From positions 161,889 to 225,888 of the forward strand of contig LEKP01000001.1 in assembly GCA_001443025.1 (NCBI GenBank): a stretch of DNA of 64,000 nucleotides, in the 5' to 3' direction. Position numbers and translations under genes: made by a program. The notes under the pieces were generated by a model, which ran no database searches, was not told the origin of the DNA, and worked only from the letters and a program-made list of their open reading frames with translations. Shown here one piece after another: positions 1-8,838 of the stretch. The number at the start of each line of letters is the position of its first letter. Position 1 is the stretch's first letter. This DNA comes from Parcubacteria bacterium GBS-2 (GTDB taxonomy: Bacteria > Patescibacteriota > Minisyncoccia > Minisyncoccales > GBS-2).

Positions 1-387
1 CCAAGAATTGCGGGAGTTGAAATCCCCGAAAATAAAAAAATATGGGTTGCCTTAACCTATATTTATGGAATAGGGCGAACTTTGAGTTGGAAAATTTTAA
101 GGGAAGCTAAAGTTAACCCTGAATTGAAGGCAAAAGATTTAAAACCCGAAGAGCTAAACAGATTAAAAGAAATTATCGAAAAAAACTATAAAGTTGAAGG
201 AGAATTAAAAAGGGAAAAACTAATGAATATTAAAAAACTTAAAGATATCGGATGTTGGAGAGGATTAAGACATATTAAAGGTCTACCTGTTAGAGGTCAG
301 AGGACTAGAACAAATTCACGGACTGTCAGAGGAAACGTGAGAAAAACAGTAGGATCTGGGAGGAGACCACCACCACAACCAAAATAA
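1..387 (+). CDS. rpsM: 30S ribosomal protein S13 (5' end cut by window edge)
   Basis: Frame 1 reads PRIAGVEIPENKKIWVALTYIYGIGRT from nt 1 and continues into track ORF 82..387. The motif is a classic S13 N-terminal sequence. It is followed by S11-S4-rpoA-L17. Confidence 0.9.
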   Translation, partial: PRIAGVEIPENKKIWVALTYIYGIGRTLSWKILREAKVNPELKAKDLKPEELNRLKEIIEKNYKVEGELKREKLMNIKKLKDIGCWRGLRHIKGLPVRGQRTRTNSRTVRGNVRKTVGSGRRPPPQPK

Positions 388-401
388 TCTTAATAACTAA
401 C

Positions 402-848
402 ATGGGGAAAAAAAGAGTAGCGGTAAAAAGCAAAGAGGAATTAATAAAAGAAGCAGAAAGGTTAGGAAAAACAAAAGAAATAAAAATCAAAACTTCAAAA
501 AAAATAAAAGAAGGGAAAATTTATATTTTTTCGTCATACAACAACACAGTTATTACCTTAACCGATACAAAGGGAAATGTGATTTATTGGACTTCAGCTG
601 GAAAAGTAGGATTTTCAGGAACTAAAAAAGGGACTCCTTACGCCGCTTCAAGAGCAGCTGAAGAGGCAGCCGAAGCTGCAAAACAGATTGGACTTGAAAA
701 AATCGAAGTGTTAATAAAGGGAGTTGGCTCAGGAAGAGAATCTGCTCTTCGAACATTAGGAGCAAAAGGTTTAAATATAGTGGCAATAAAAGATATTACA
801 CCAATACCATTCGATGGTCCTAGGCCACCAAAAGTAAGAAGAGTATGA
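402..848 (+). CDS. rpsK: 30S ribosomal protein S11
   Basis: The 148-aa product carries the S11 core GKIYIFSSYNNTVITLTDTKGNVIYWTSAGKVGFSGTKKGTPYAA. Position in the operon fits. Confidence 0.95.
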   Translation: MGKKRVAVKSKEELIKEAERLGKTKEIKIKTSKKIKEGKIYIFSSYNNTVITLTDTKGNVIYWTSAGKVGFSGTKKGTPYAASRAAEEAAEAAKQIGLEKIEVLIKGVGSGRESALRTLGAKGLNIVAIKDITPIPFDGPRPPKVRRV

Positions 849-1477
849 ATAAAAGAGCAAAATGTAGAATTTGTAGAAGATTAGGTGTAAAACTTTTTTT
901 GCGTGGGGAGAAATGTCTATCTCCAAAATGTGCGATGGTGAAAAGACCTTATCCACCAGGGCAAAAAGGAAAAAGAAGGTCTGCACCGCCTTCAGAATAT
1001 AAGAGAGAATTAATGGAAAAACAAAAATTGAAGTACTGGTATAATTTGAAGGAGAGGCAACTTAAAAAATACGTGGAAGAGGTTTTAAAAATGAGAGGAA
1101 AGGTAAAAGACGCTTCCGTACTATTGATTCAAAATTTAGAAAAAAGATTAGATAATGTAGTTTATAGGTTAGGTTTTGCGTCTTCAAGAGATCAAGCAAG
1201 ACAAATGGTTTCGCATAAATTTTTTCTGGTTAACGGAGAATCTGTTAATATTCCATCGTATAGATTGAAAGTTGGAGATGTAGTTACATTGAAGCCCCAA
1301 AAATTAAAAAAGGTCATTTTAAAAGATATAAAAGAAAAATTAAAAAAACACACCCCGCCAAGTTGGTTATCACTTGATCCTGAGAAATTAGAAGGAAAGC
1401 TTATTGCAGAACCAAAGGTTGAAGAAATAGCTCCACCCGTTGAAGTTTCTGCAGTATTTGAATTCTATTCAAGATAA
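845..1477 (+). CDS. rpsD: 30S ribosomal protein S4
   Basis: 210 aa with an N-terminal Cys-rich zinc segment and an S4 RNA-binding domain (LDNVVYRLGFASSRDQARQMVSHKFFLVNG). ATGA overlap with rpsK. Confidence 0.95.
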   Translation: MNKRAKCRICRRLGVKLFLRGEKCLSPKCAMVKRPYPPGQKGKRRSAPPSEYKRELMEKQKLKYWYNLKERQLKKYVEEVLKMRGKVKDASVLLIQNLEKRLDNVVYRLGFASSRDQARQMVSHKFFLVNGESVNIPSYRLKVGDVVTLKPQKLKKVILKDIKEKLKKHTPPSWLSLDPEKLEGKLIAEPKVEEIAPPVEVSAVFEFYSR

Positions 1478-2196
1478 TGATTCCACTACCTTCAAAACCA
1501 AAAATTATAAAAAAAGAAGAAAACAAAGCAGTCTTTGAAATAGAAGCTCTTTATCCTGGCTATGGAGTGACGATTGGAAATGCCCTAAGAAGAGTTTTAC
1601 TTTCTTCTTTGGAAGGAGCGGCGATAACTCAAGTTAAGATAAAGGGAGTACCACATGAATTTTCTACAATTCCTGGAGTTTTAGAGGATGTAGTGACGAT
1701 AATGCTTAATTTGAAAAAGTTAAGATTTAAGATGATCGGAGAAGAACCCCAAAGAGCGATTCTTGTGGCTAAAGGAGAAAAAGAGGTGAAAGGAGGAGAT
1801 TTTGATTTACCCACTCAGCTGGAATTAGTAAACCCTGATTGCCATATTGCTACTTTAACCTCAAAAAACGCAAAACTTGAGATGGAAATTTTAGTAGAAA
1901 AGGGAATTGGGTATTTACCACGAGAAAGAAGGAAGAAAGAAAAGTTAGAAATTGGTACAATACCAATGGATGCTATATTCACGCCTATAAAGAGAGTAGC
2001 GATGCAAACTGAAAACATGAGAGTCGGAGAAAGAACTGATTTTGATAGATTATTTTTAGAAATTGAAACTGATGGAACTATTACTCCTGAGGAAGCTTTT
2101 GCTAAAGCCTGCGAGATTTTAATGACCCAATTTTCATTCTTAAGAGAAGGATTAGAAAAACATGAGAAAAAGACACAAGGGAAGAAAGTTAAGTAG
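1477..2196 (+). CDS. rpoA: DNA-directed RNA polymerase alpha subunit, N-terminal domain only (239 aa)
   Basis: Alpha-NTD motifs are present (GYGVTIGNALRRVLLSSLEGAAIT, RVGERTDFDRLFLEIETDGTITPEEA). The ORF ends about 15 aa after the NTD and is overlapped by rplQ. Confidence 0.85.
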   Translation: MIPLPSKPKIIKKEENKAVFEIEALYPGYGVTIGNALRRVLLSSLEGAAITQVKIKGVPHEFSTIPGVLEDVVTIMLNLKKLRFKMIGEEPQRAILVAKGEKEVKGGDFDLPTQLELVNPDCHIATLTSKNAKLEMEILVEKGIGYLPRERRKKEKLEIGTIPMDAIFTPIKRVAMQTENMRVGERTDFDRLFLEIETDGTITPEEAFAKACEILMTQFSFLREGLEKHEKKTQGKKVK

Positions 2197-2512
2197 AAAA
2201 AGAGATCAAAGAAAAGCATTGCTAAAATCTCTGGCAAGAGAGCTTTTTTTGAAAGAAAGAATAACCACTACTGAAGCAAAAGCAAAAGAGCTAAGATCTT
2301 TTGCGGAGAGGTTTATTGAGAGAGCGAAAGAAAAGAATTTGGCAAACATTAGATATGTTGCTAGATTTTTTGCAAAAGATGTGATAAAAAAACTTTTTGA
2401 CGAAATTGGTCCCAAATACAAAGAGAGAAAAGGTGGTTATACAAGAATTTTAAAACTAGGTCAAAGAAAATCTGACGGTGCTAAAATGGTAATAATTGAG
2501 TTAGTGAAATGA
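2162..2512 (+). CDS. rplQ: 50S ribosomal protein L17
   Basis: N-terminus MRKRHKGRKLSRKRDQRKALLKSLARELF is canonical for L17. 116 aa. Confidence 0.9.
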   Translation: MRKRHKGRKLSRKRDQRKALLKSLARELFLKERITTTEAKAKELRSFAERFIERAKEKNLANIRYVARFFAKDVIKKLFDEIGPKYKERKGGYTRILKLGQRKSDGAKMVIIELVK

Positions 2513-2856
2513 ATAGAGAAACTCATATAATAGACGCAACCGGAAAAGTCTTGGGAAGATTAGCAAGCCAGATTGCGATTTTGTTGATGGGAAAGCATAA
2601 AAAAGATTATGACCCATCTAAAGATATGGGAGATTTTGTAATTGTAAAAAACGTCGATAAAATAAAACTTTCTGGGAAAAAACTTGAAAAAGAAATTTAT
2701 TATCGTCATTCAGGATATATTGGGGGATTAAAAGAAATACCGATCAAAAAAATTTTTGCGAAAAAACCGGAATTCCTTTTAAAAAAAGCGGTCTATGGAA
2801 TGCTTCCAAAGAATAGGCTTAGAAAAAAAATGATAAAAAGGCTAAAATTTGAATAA
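2509..2856 (+). CDS. rplM: 50S ribosomal protein L13 (short, 115 aa)
   Basis: Sequence IIDATGKVLGRLASQIAILLMGKHK...YYRHSGYIGGLKE matches L13. Confidence 0.9.
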   Translation: MNRETHIIDATGKVLGRLASQIAILLMGKHKKDYDPSKDMGDFVIVKNVDKIKLSGKKLEKEIYYRHSGYIGGLKEIPIKKIFAKKPEFLLKKAVYGMLPKNRLRKKMIKRLKFE

Positions 2857-3259
2857 CATGTCAGAAGAGAAAAAATATTGGCAAGGAGTAGGGAGAAGAA
2901 AAACTGCGGTTGCTGTTGTAAAGATCTTCAAAGAAAAAGACCCTTCTTTTTTAGTTAACGAAAAGCCTTTAGAGAAATATTTTCCGCTTTTTGAGTTACA
3001 AAAAATTGCAAAGGCTCCACTTGAGCTTTTAAAATTAGAGAATAAATTCAAAGTTTTGGCGTTAGTTAGTGGAGGAGGATTAGTTGCTCAATCTGAAGCG
3101 ATAAGATTAGGATTAGCGAGAGCTTTAGTGACATTTAAAGAAGAATTTAGAAAAAAATTAAAAAAGGCTGGATTTTTAAGAAGAGATCCGAGAGCTAAAG
3201 AAAGGAAAAAACCAGGATTGAAACGTGCGAGAAGAGCTCCTCAGTGGCAGAAGAGGTAA
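2849..3259 (+). CDS. rpsI: 30S ribosomal protein S9
   Basis: Sequence GVGRRKTAVAVV...GGGLVAQSEAIRLGLARAL...DPRAKERKKPGLKRARRAPQWQKR matches S9. An alternative ATG lies at 2858. Confidence 0.9.
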   Translation: MNNMSEEKKYWQGVGRRKTAVAVVKIFKEKDPSFLVNEKPLEKYFPLFELQKIAKAPLELLKLENKFKVLALVSGGGLVAQSEAIRLGLARALVTFKEEFRKKLKKAGFLRRDPRAKERKKPGLKRARRAPQWQKR

Positions 3260-3269
3260 AGTTAAAAAA

Positions 3270-3288
3270 AGGAGATGAAACATCTCCT
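3270..3288 (-). terminator. Hairpin AGGAGATG-AAA-CATCTCCT between convergent genes
   Basis: Perfect 8-bp stem. On the minus strand it is followed by T7 (the A7 at 3263-3269 on plus), so it is a good intrinsic terminator for the GT2 gene. It may also stop the S9 operon. Confidence 0.6.
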
Positions 3289-4336
3289 AACAACTCTTTG
3301 GCGTGGCATTGAACTCCTTTTTTCTTTTCAAAAGAGCTATTACTGATGGTAAATAGTGGATATAGGCTGCAAGTGGCGCAAGGATGATAAGAATAAATGT
3401 TCTTTTCAATGGTATTTTTAGGATCGCTGAGCCAATTCCAGTACAAATCATTGCTTGAATTATTGGAAATATTCCTATATACCCTTGTAAGATCATCAAG
3501 GGTAGGAGAATATAGATCGTCCCTGAGAGCAATTTGACAATTATAAAAGCCTTGATTTTCTTTTTGTGTAAGTATTTTAGATCGTTGATTACTCCTGATG
3601 CCCATCTCCACCGTTGTCTCAATAAATCTTTGATCCTAAGAGGCGCTTTAGTAATAATTTTCTCTCGGGAGAACTTATATCTATATTTCGCAGAGGTAGA
3701 AATAAGAGCGAAAGCGAAGGCATTATCTTCTGTGATACTCTCTCTGTTCCATGTGATTTGATCTTCTAGTCGTTTTGTGATGACAATTCCTCCTCCCCAA
3801 AGAGTGAGAGGAGATGTTTTCTCGTACAGTGAAAACTCAGGAATAGTCAGACCAATTCTAAAAGTTTCGATAGTCTCAATTATTAAGTTCTGTGCGATTG
3901 GTACTTCTTGGAATTGAATAATATCCGCGTCGGTCGGGATTTCTTTGAACTGTGGTAACGAATCTTCATCAAGAAATAATGTATACTCATTTTCTGGTGG
4001 TTGGTTAATTCTTGCCCATTCAAGGTCTCTTCCTTTCCACTTTGCCTCGCATTCAAATTCCTCTGGTACCACCTTTACGTTCGCTTCAGACAATTCTTGT
4101 ATTTTTCTTTTTGTAATGATCAAAGGATTTTTGTTGCAGTAATTTATGCAATGTTCTACTGTTTTCTTTAGAACTTCTACTTCTCTTCCAAGTGTCAAAA
4201 TTTTAATTGTAAAGTCTCTGGTAGTGCTAGTGTTCTTGTGTGTCTTCTGAGAGTGATGGTAGTAATAAAATAGAGCAATGTACCACCACACTGTCGTTAC
4301 AATCCAAGGGAAGAGGATCAACAACCCCCATTCCAT
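3287..4336 (-). CDS. Family-2 glycosyltransferase-like membrane protein
   Basis: DxD-like LFLDEDS and a Q(R/Q)xRW-type motif LRQRWRWASG are present, with N- and C-terminal TM helices. A strong SD GGAGGTGA lies at 4341-4348 (minus strand). Confidence 0.6.
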   Translation of the reverse strand: MEWGLLILFPWIVTTVWWYIALFYYYHHSQKTHKNTSTTRDFTIKILTLGREVEVLKKTVEHCINYCNKNPLIITKRKIQELSEANVKVVPEEFECEAKWKGRDLEWARINQPPENEYTLFLDEDSLPQFKEIPTDADIIQFQEVPIAQNLIIETIETFRIGLTIPEFSLYEKTSPLTLWGGGIVITKRLEDQITWNRESITEDNAFAFALISTSAKYRYKFSREKIITKAPLRIKDLLRQRWRWASGVINDLKYLHKKKIKAFIIVKLLSGTIYILLPLMILQGYIGIFPIIQAMICTGIGSAILKIPLKRTFILIILAPLAAYIHYLPSVIALLKRKKEFNATPKSC

Positions 4337-4419
4337 TCCCTCACCTCCTTTTGGTATATTATTTTAAAGTATACCATTAAATCAGGAAAATTTCAAGGCC
4401 AAAAAAAAATAATTAATCG

Positions 4420-5178
4420 TTGAAAATGCTTAAAGAGTTAATAGATAAATTTTATTTGGAAAGAGAGAAAGAAAAAAAGAAAAAAGAAAAAGAAAGAGTA
4501 AGGTTTTTTATTAGTGAAGCAGGAAAATGTCCTAGGATGATATTTTTTAGATTTAAGAAAGCACCAGCAGAAGAGATTGAGCCTGAAAGACTAAGAATCT
4601 TTGAGGAGGGAGAAATAATTCAACAAAGAATTCTGAGACTCCTTTTTTCTTTGGGAATTGTCAGGGCGACTGAAGTTCAAATTCCTCCTCAGGAATTGGT
4701 TGCAGGCAGAGCAGATGCAATTATTTCCTTTACTGATAAAACTTTTTCTGATTTGGGAATTGACCTCAAAGAAAAAATAGAGCCTGGAATTCCCTACGTT
4801 TTAGAAATAAAAAGTGTTTCTGGAAAAATAAATTTAAAAAAGCTTCCTCTTCCAGATCATATTAACCAACTACAGCTTTATTTACACTTTTTCAAAATTA
4901 AAAAGGGAATCTTGCTTTATCTAAACAAAGATACTCAAAAAATCACTGAATTTATTTTTGAATATGATAAAAACTTAGTAGAAAAAATTTTGAATTGGTT
5001 TTTGAAATTAAAAGAAAAGATTGAAGCAGATTTAGTCCCCATTAGATTACCTGATTGGCCTGACAACTGGCAATGTCAAAATTGCGAATTTTTCGAAATT
5101 TGCAAAATTGCAGGTGAAAGAGAAATATCGTGGGAAAAATTAAAAAAAGAAATTGAGAAAGGAGAAATTTTATCTTAA
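4420..5178 (+). CDS. Cas4/RecB-like PD-(D/E)XK exonuclease with 4-Cys cluster
   Basis: N-terminal Cys (GKCPRMIFF), GRADAII, VLEIKSVS (ExK), QLQLYLHF (QxxxY) and C-terminal CQNCEFFEIC (Cx2Cx5C). The ATG at 4426 is the likelier start. Confidence 0.65.
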   Translation: MKMLKELIDKFYLEREKEKKKKEKERVRFFISEAGKCPRMIFFRFKKAPAEEIEPERLRIFEEGEIIQQRILRLLFSLGIVRATEVQIPPQELVAGRADAIISFTDKTFSDLGIDLKEKIEPGIPYVLEIKSVSGKINLKKLPLPDHINQLQLYLHFFKIKKGILLYLNKDTQKITEFIFEYDKNLVEKILNWFLKLKEKIEADLVPIRLPDWPDNWQCQNCEFFEICKIAGEREISWEKLKKEIEKGEILS

Positions 5179-6375
5179 AAGAGGGTCGGTTTCAAAAAGT
5201 TTTCCATCTTTTTTGAAATAAATTTTTTTGGTTTGAAAACTAAAAGATAAATCTTCTCCAGGAAGTTCTTTTAATTCATAAACATTAATTTTATCTCTTT
5301 TATCTGTTTCTAAGAGTTTAATTTTATTCTGAAAAATCAAAATTAGATAGTCTTCGTTGAACCAGTAGACTTTATCGATTTTTTCTGAGAATCTGTTTAA
5401 AAAATCGTTTTTTCCGTTTTCAAAGAGCCAGATTTCATAATCTGAAAAAATGGCAAGTTTTTTTGAGCCTGGAGATGGTTCAATTCCTTTAAGGTTTTCA
5501 AAAATTTTTTCAAATTGTGCGTCTTTTAAAAAATAAAGAGCTCCTTGAGTTTCTAAAAATACCCAATCATTAAATATTCGCAGTCTACAGTCTCCGATTA
5601 AGGAAAAAGGTTCGTTGTTTAATCTTCTTCCATTTTTTAAAAGGTATCCTGAATTTTCAAAAAAATATTCACTTTCTTCTATTTTTTTAAAACAAATTAC
5701 GTTTTCAGGAATAATTTCTTCCTCCTTTTCTCTAATTTGGGGTGGAATTTTTTTAAGATTTAAAAGAAAGTTTTTTATTTCTTCTTCAATTTTTAATTGA
5801 ATTTCAATTTGTTCTGAATTTTCATTAAAATTCAATCCTAAGAATTCAGTTTCTTTTTTAAAATCTTCTTCACTTAACAAATAAGATTTTATTTTTTTCT
5901 CAAGGGAATAAGATTTTAAAACCCATTGTTCTTCATTCTTTTCCTTTAAAATTAATTCTTTTCCGTTTGGCAAAATCCAAAATTGATCGATATCAGATAA
6001 AATTTGATAAAAATTTAAATTTTCTGGAAATAAAATTAGGTTCTTTACTTCAGTGACCTTTTCTTCTTCCACTTCTAGTTCCTTTTCCCATGGGAAATAC
6101 CCCTCTTTTGTAACTCTTACTTTATACTTCTTCGGTAAAAGATTGTCTATCAGCAGAGAGCCAAAAAAAGAATCAGTTCTTTTCTTAATTTTTCCATCAA
6201 TTGAAACCTCCACTTCCTTAGGTATTGCTTTAATAAAGATCCCCCCTGTTTTTGTTACTTTCCTTTTTTCAAAATCAAAGCGATAACCCAACGAGTAAAA
6301 GACCAAAATTGGTCCAAATATTAAAAATATCAAACACAAGGAAAAAAATAAAATTTTCCTTTGCCAATTTTTCAT
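5170..6375 (-). CDS. Membrane-anchored PEGA-domain protein
   Basis: N-terminal TM helix, then a PEGA-like segment (VEVSIDGKIKK...YKVRVTKEGYFPWEKELEV). The rest is unassigned. Confidence 0.45.
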   Translation of the reverse strand: MKNWQRKILFFSLCLIFLIFGPILVFYSLGYRFDFEKRKVTKTGGIFIKAIPKEVEVSIDGKIKKRTDSFFGSLLIDNLLPKKYKVRVTKEGYFPWEKELEVEEEKVTEVKNLILFPENLNFYQILSDIDQFWILPNGKELILKEKNEEQWVLKSYSLEKKIKSYLLSEEDFKKETEFLGLNFNENSEQIEIQLKIEEEIKNFLLNLKKIPPQIREKEEEIIPENVICFKKIEESEYFFENSGYLLKNGRRLNNEPFSLIGDCRLRIFNDWVFLETQGALYFLKDAQFEKIFENLKGIEPSPGSKKLAIFSDYEIWLFENGKNDFLNRFSEKIDKVYWFNEDYLILIFQNKIKLLETDKRDKINVYELKELPGEDLSFSFQTKKIYFKKDGKLFETDPLLR

Positions 6376-6393
6376 TTTTGTTATTTTATCAGA

Positions 6394-6422
6394 TTGATAA
6401 AAATTTTAAAATTTTCTAAAAT
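6394..6422 (+). promoter_or_regulatory. Sigma70-type promoter of mreB-1 (leaderless geometry)
   Basis: TTGATA (6394-6399), 17-nt spacer, TAAAAT (6417-6422), then 6 nt to ATG 6429. Confidence 0.55.
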
Positions 6423-6428
6423 AGATTT

Positions 6429-7436
6429 ATGATTATCAGAAAAATAGGAATTGATCTAGGAACTTGCAATACAATTGTATTTATCCCAAAAAAAGGCGTC
6501 GTTTTTAAGGAGCCTTCGGTAGTGGCTGTTTCAATTCCTGACAATAAAATTTTAGCAGTAGGACAATCCGCGAAAGAAATGCTCGGGAGAACACCAGATA
6601 CAATCAAAATTTACCGACCACTAAGAGAAGGAGTAATTGCTGATTTTAGAGTAACCTTGGCGATGATTAGGTATTTTTTAAAAAAGATTCTTGGTGTTCT
6701 TTCCTTTTTAAAGCCCGAAATTTTAATTGGAGTTCCAGCAGGAGCAACTTCTACGGAAAGAAGAGCTTTGATCGAGGCAGGACTTGGGGCAGGAGCTAAA
6801 GAAGTTTTTTTAGTAAAACAGCCAATTTTGGCAGCCTTGGGTGCAGGAATTCCGATTGAATCTTGTTCTGGAAACATGGTAGTTGATATTGGCGGAGGAA
6901 CTACCGAGGTAGCGGTTATCTCTTTGGGAGGAATTGTTACTTTCAATTCAATAAGAGTAGGAGGAGATAAATTAGATGTAGCAATTTCAGAGTATATAAA
7001 GAAAAAATATAATTTAGCCATTGGTGATCAAACCGCAGAAGAAATTAAAATAAAAATTGGTACTGCAATTTTCGAGAAGCAACCACTCGATTTGGAAATT
7101 AAAGGAAGAGATTTGGTTTCTGGTTTGCCTCGAAATATTAAAATTACTTCAAACGAAGTTTGCGAAGCAATCTCAGATGTACTTTCTGAAATAATACAAA
7201 TCATAAAAAAGACCCTAAGAGAAACTCCCGCAGAACTATCAGCAGATATAATGGAAAAAGGCCTTGTCTTAACAGGAGGGAGTTCATTATTAAGAAATCT
7301 TCCAGAATTTTTTGAAAAGTCGATTGGAGTTCCGGTGATTTTAGCAGAAGAGCCTTTATTTTGTGTTGCAAAAGGCACAGGTAAAATTTTAGAAAGTTTA
7401 GATCTTTATAAGAGGGTGTTGATGACTAAAAAATGA
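6429..7436 (+). CDS. mreB: Rod-shape/actin-like protein MreB (paralogue 1)
   Basis: IGIDLGTCNT, VVDIGGGTTEVAVISLGG and LTGGSSLLRNL match actin/MreB phosphate and adenosine motifs. Confidence 0.9.
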   Translation: MIIRKIGIDLGTCNTIVFIPKKGVVFKEPSVVAVSIPDNKILAVGQSAKEMLGRTPDTIKIYRPLREGVIADFRVTLAMIRYFLKKILGVLSFLKPEILIGVPAGATSTERRALIEAGLGAGAKEVFLVKQPILAALGAGIPIESCSGNMVVDIGGGTTEVAVISLGGIVTFNSIRVGGDKLDVAISEYIKKKYNLAIGDQTAEEIKIKIGTAIFEKQPLDLEIKGRDLVSGLPRNIKITSNEVCEAISDVLSEIIQIIKKTLRETPAELSADIMEKGLVLTGGSSLLRNLPEFFEKSIGVPVILAEEPLFCVAKGTGKILESLDLYKRVLMTKK

Positions 7437-8260
7437 TTTTAGGACACGAAAAACAAATTGAATTCTTGAGAAAAATTCTAAATTCTGGGAAAATTCCACA
7501 TGCATTTTTGTTCTGTGGGAAAGAGAGAATAGGAAAAAGAAAAGTTGCATTGGAATTTGTATCTTGGATTTTGGGTTCTTCCCCTGATAATCACCCAGAC
7601 TTCTTTTTTTTGGCACCTATCAAAGATCAGATTTCGGTTGAACAAATAAGAGAGTTAATTTGGAAAATTTCTTTGAGGCCGTTTAAATCAAGGTACAAAA
7701 CTGTAATTATTGATTCTGCTCATCGAATGACCTTGGAAGCTCAAAATGCTTTTTTGAAGACTTTAGAGGAACCGAAAGGCAACTCCATAATAATTTTAAT
7801 TGTTGAAAGCGAAAATTCGCTACTTTCGACAATTGTTTCAAGATGTCAAAAAATTAAATTTTTTAGTGTAAAAAAAGAAAAAATAAAGGAATTTTTACGC
7901 AAAAAAGGATTGGACGAAGAAAGAATTGAGAAAATATTGAAATTCGCTGAAGGAAGACCGGGAATGGCTATTGAACTTTTTGAAAACTCCAAAAGACTCG
8001 AGGCATTTGAAAAACTTGAAAAAGATTTGGTAAAAATAGGAGAGAGAGAAATTTTATTTAGATTTCAAAAGGCTAACGAACTTCTTCAAAATTTTAATCT
8101 TTTTGAAATTCTAGAAGTCCTGGCGAATCAGTTTAGAGCGAAAATTTTTGATAAAAAAGCGAGAGGATTTTTAAAAGAAATTCAAAAGATTTATTTTTCA
8201 GCTAAAATTTCAAACATCGATAAAAGGTTGGCCTTGGAAATACTATTTTTAAAATTATGA
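7433..8260 (+). CDS. holB: DNA polymerase III delta' subunit
   Basis: GHEKQIEFLRKILNSGKIPHAFLFCGKERIGK followed by AQNAFLKTLEEP and SRCQ, the clamp-loader AAA+ signature. Confidence 0.75.
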   Translation: MILGHEKQIEFLRKILNSGKIPHAFLFCGKERIGKRKVALEFVSWILGSSPDNHPDFFFLAPIKDQISVEQIRELIWKISLRPFKSRYKTVIIDSAHRMTLEAQNAFLKTLEEPKGNSIIILIVESENSLLSTIVSRCQKIKFFSVKKEKIKEFLRKKGLDEERIEKILKFAEGRPGMAIELFENSKRLEAFEKLEKDLVKIGEREILFRFQKANELLQNFNLFEILEVLANQFRAKIFDKKARGFLKEIQKIYFSAKISNIDKRLALEILFLKL

Positions 8261-8835
8261 AGGACCAAAAAGAAAAAATAGATTATCGGCAAATCATCGA
8301 AAAAGCAAAACCGGAAATGGAAAAGGCAGTAAAAACTTTTGAAGAGGAGCTAAAAGCCTTAAAGAGTTCGAGAGCTTCCTCAGAATTAATTGAAAATTTG
8401 CAGGTCGAATGTTTTGGTCAAAAATTTCCTTTAAGACAGTTGGGGCAAATTTCAATTCCTGGACCAAGACAAATTTTAATTTCACCTTGGGATTCTTCTT
8501 ACATTGAGCCGATAGTAAAAGCAATCGAAAAATCTAGTCTTGGTCTTACTCCGGTAGTAGATCAGAATTCGATCAAGATAAATTTACCTCCGGTAACTGA
8601 GGAATTCAAGAAAAATTTGTTAAGAATTCTATCTCAAAAGAAAGAAAGCGCTAAGAAGAAAGTAAGAGAAGCAAGGACTAAGGCATGGGATCAAATTCAA
8701 AAAGCATTTTTGGAGAAAAAACTTTCAGAAGATCAAAAGTATAAAGGAAAAGAAGAACTTCAAGATTTGGTGGAAGAGTTTAACGAAAAAATAGAAGAGG
8801 TTGCAAAAAGAAAAGAAAAAGAAATTTTGGAATAA
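8257..8835 (+). CDS. frr: Ribosome recycling factor
   Basis: 192 aa with RRF-like sequence (LKSSRASSELIENLQVECFG...PLRQLGQISIPGPRQILISPWD). Confidence 0.9.
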   Translation: MKDQKEKIDYRQIIEKAKPEMEKAVKTFEEELKALKSSRASSELIENLQVECFGQKFPLRQLGQISIPGPRQILISPWDSSYIEPIVKAIEKSSLGLTPVVDQNSIKINLPPVTEEFKKNLLRILSQKKESAKKKVREARTKAWDQIQKAFLEKKLSEDQKYKGKEELQDLVEEFNEKIEEVAKRKEKEILE

Positions 8836-8838
8836 ATT

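Noticed and set aside
771-2421. Minus-strand track ORFs antisense to ribosomal-protein and rpoA genes (771..986, 1629..1814, 1815..2237, 2206..2421). Many similar antisense ORFs occur throughout, for example 6611..7021, 7028..7378, 9929..10249, 12354..12713, 37260..37568 and 39885..40274.
   Set aside because: Each lies fully inside a strongly supported sense-strand gene. Their compositions are low-complexity (Ser/Phe/Lys/Ile-rich), typical of antisense AT-rich coding DNA. They have no recognisable motifs or start signals.
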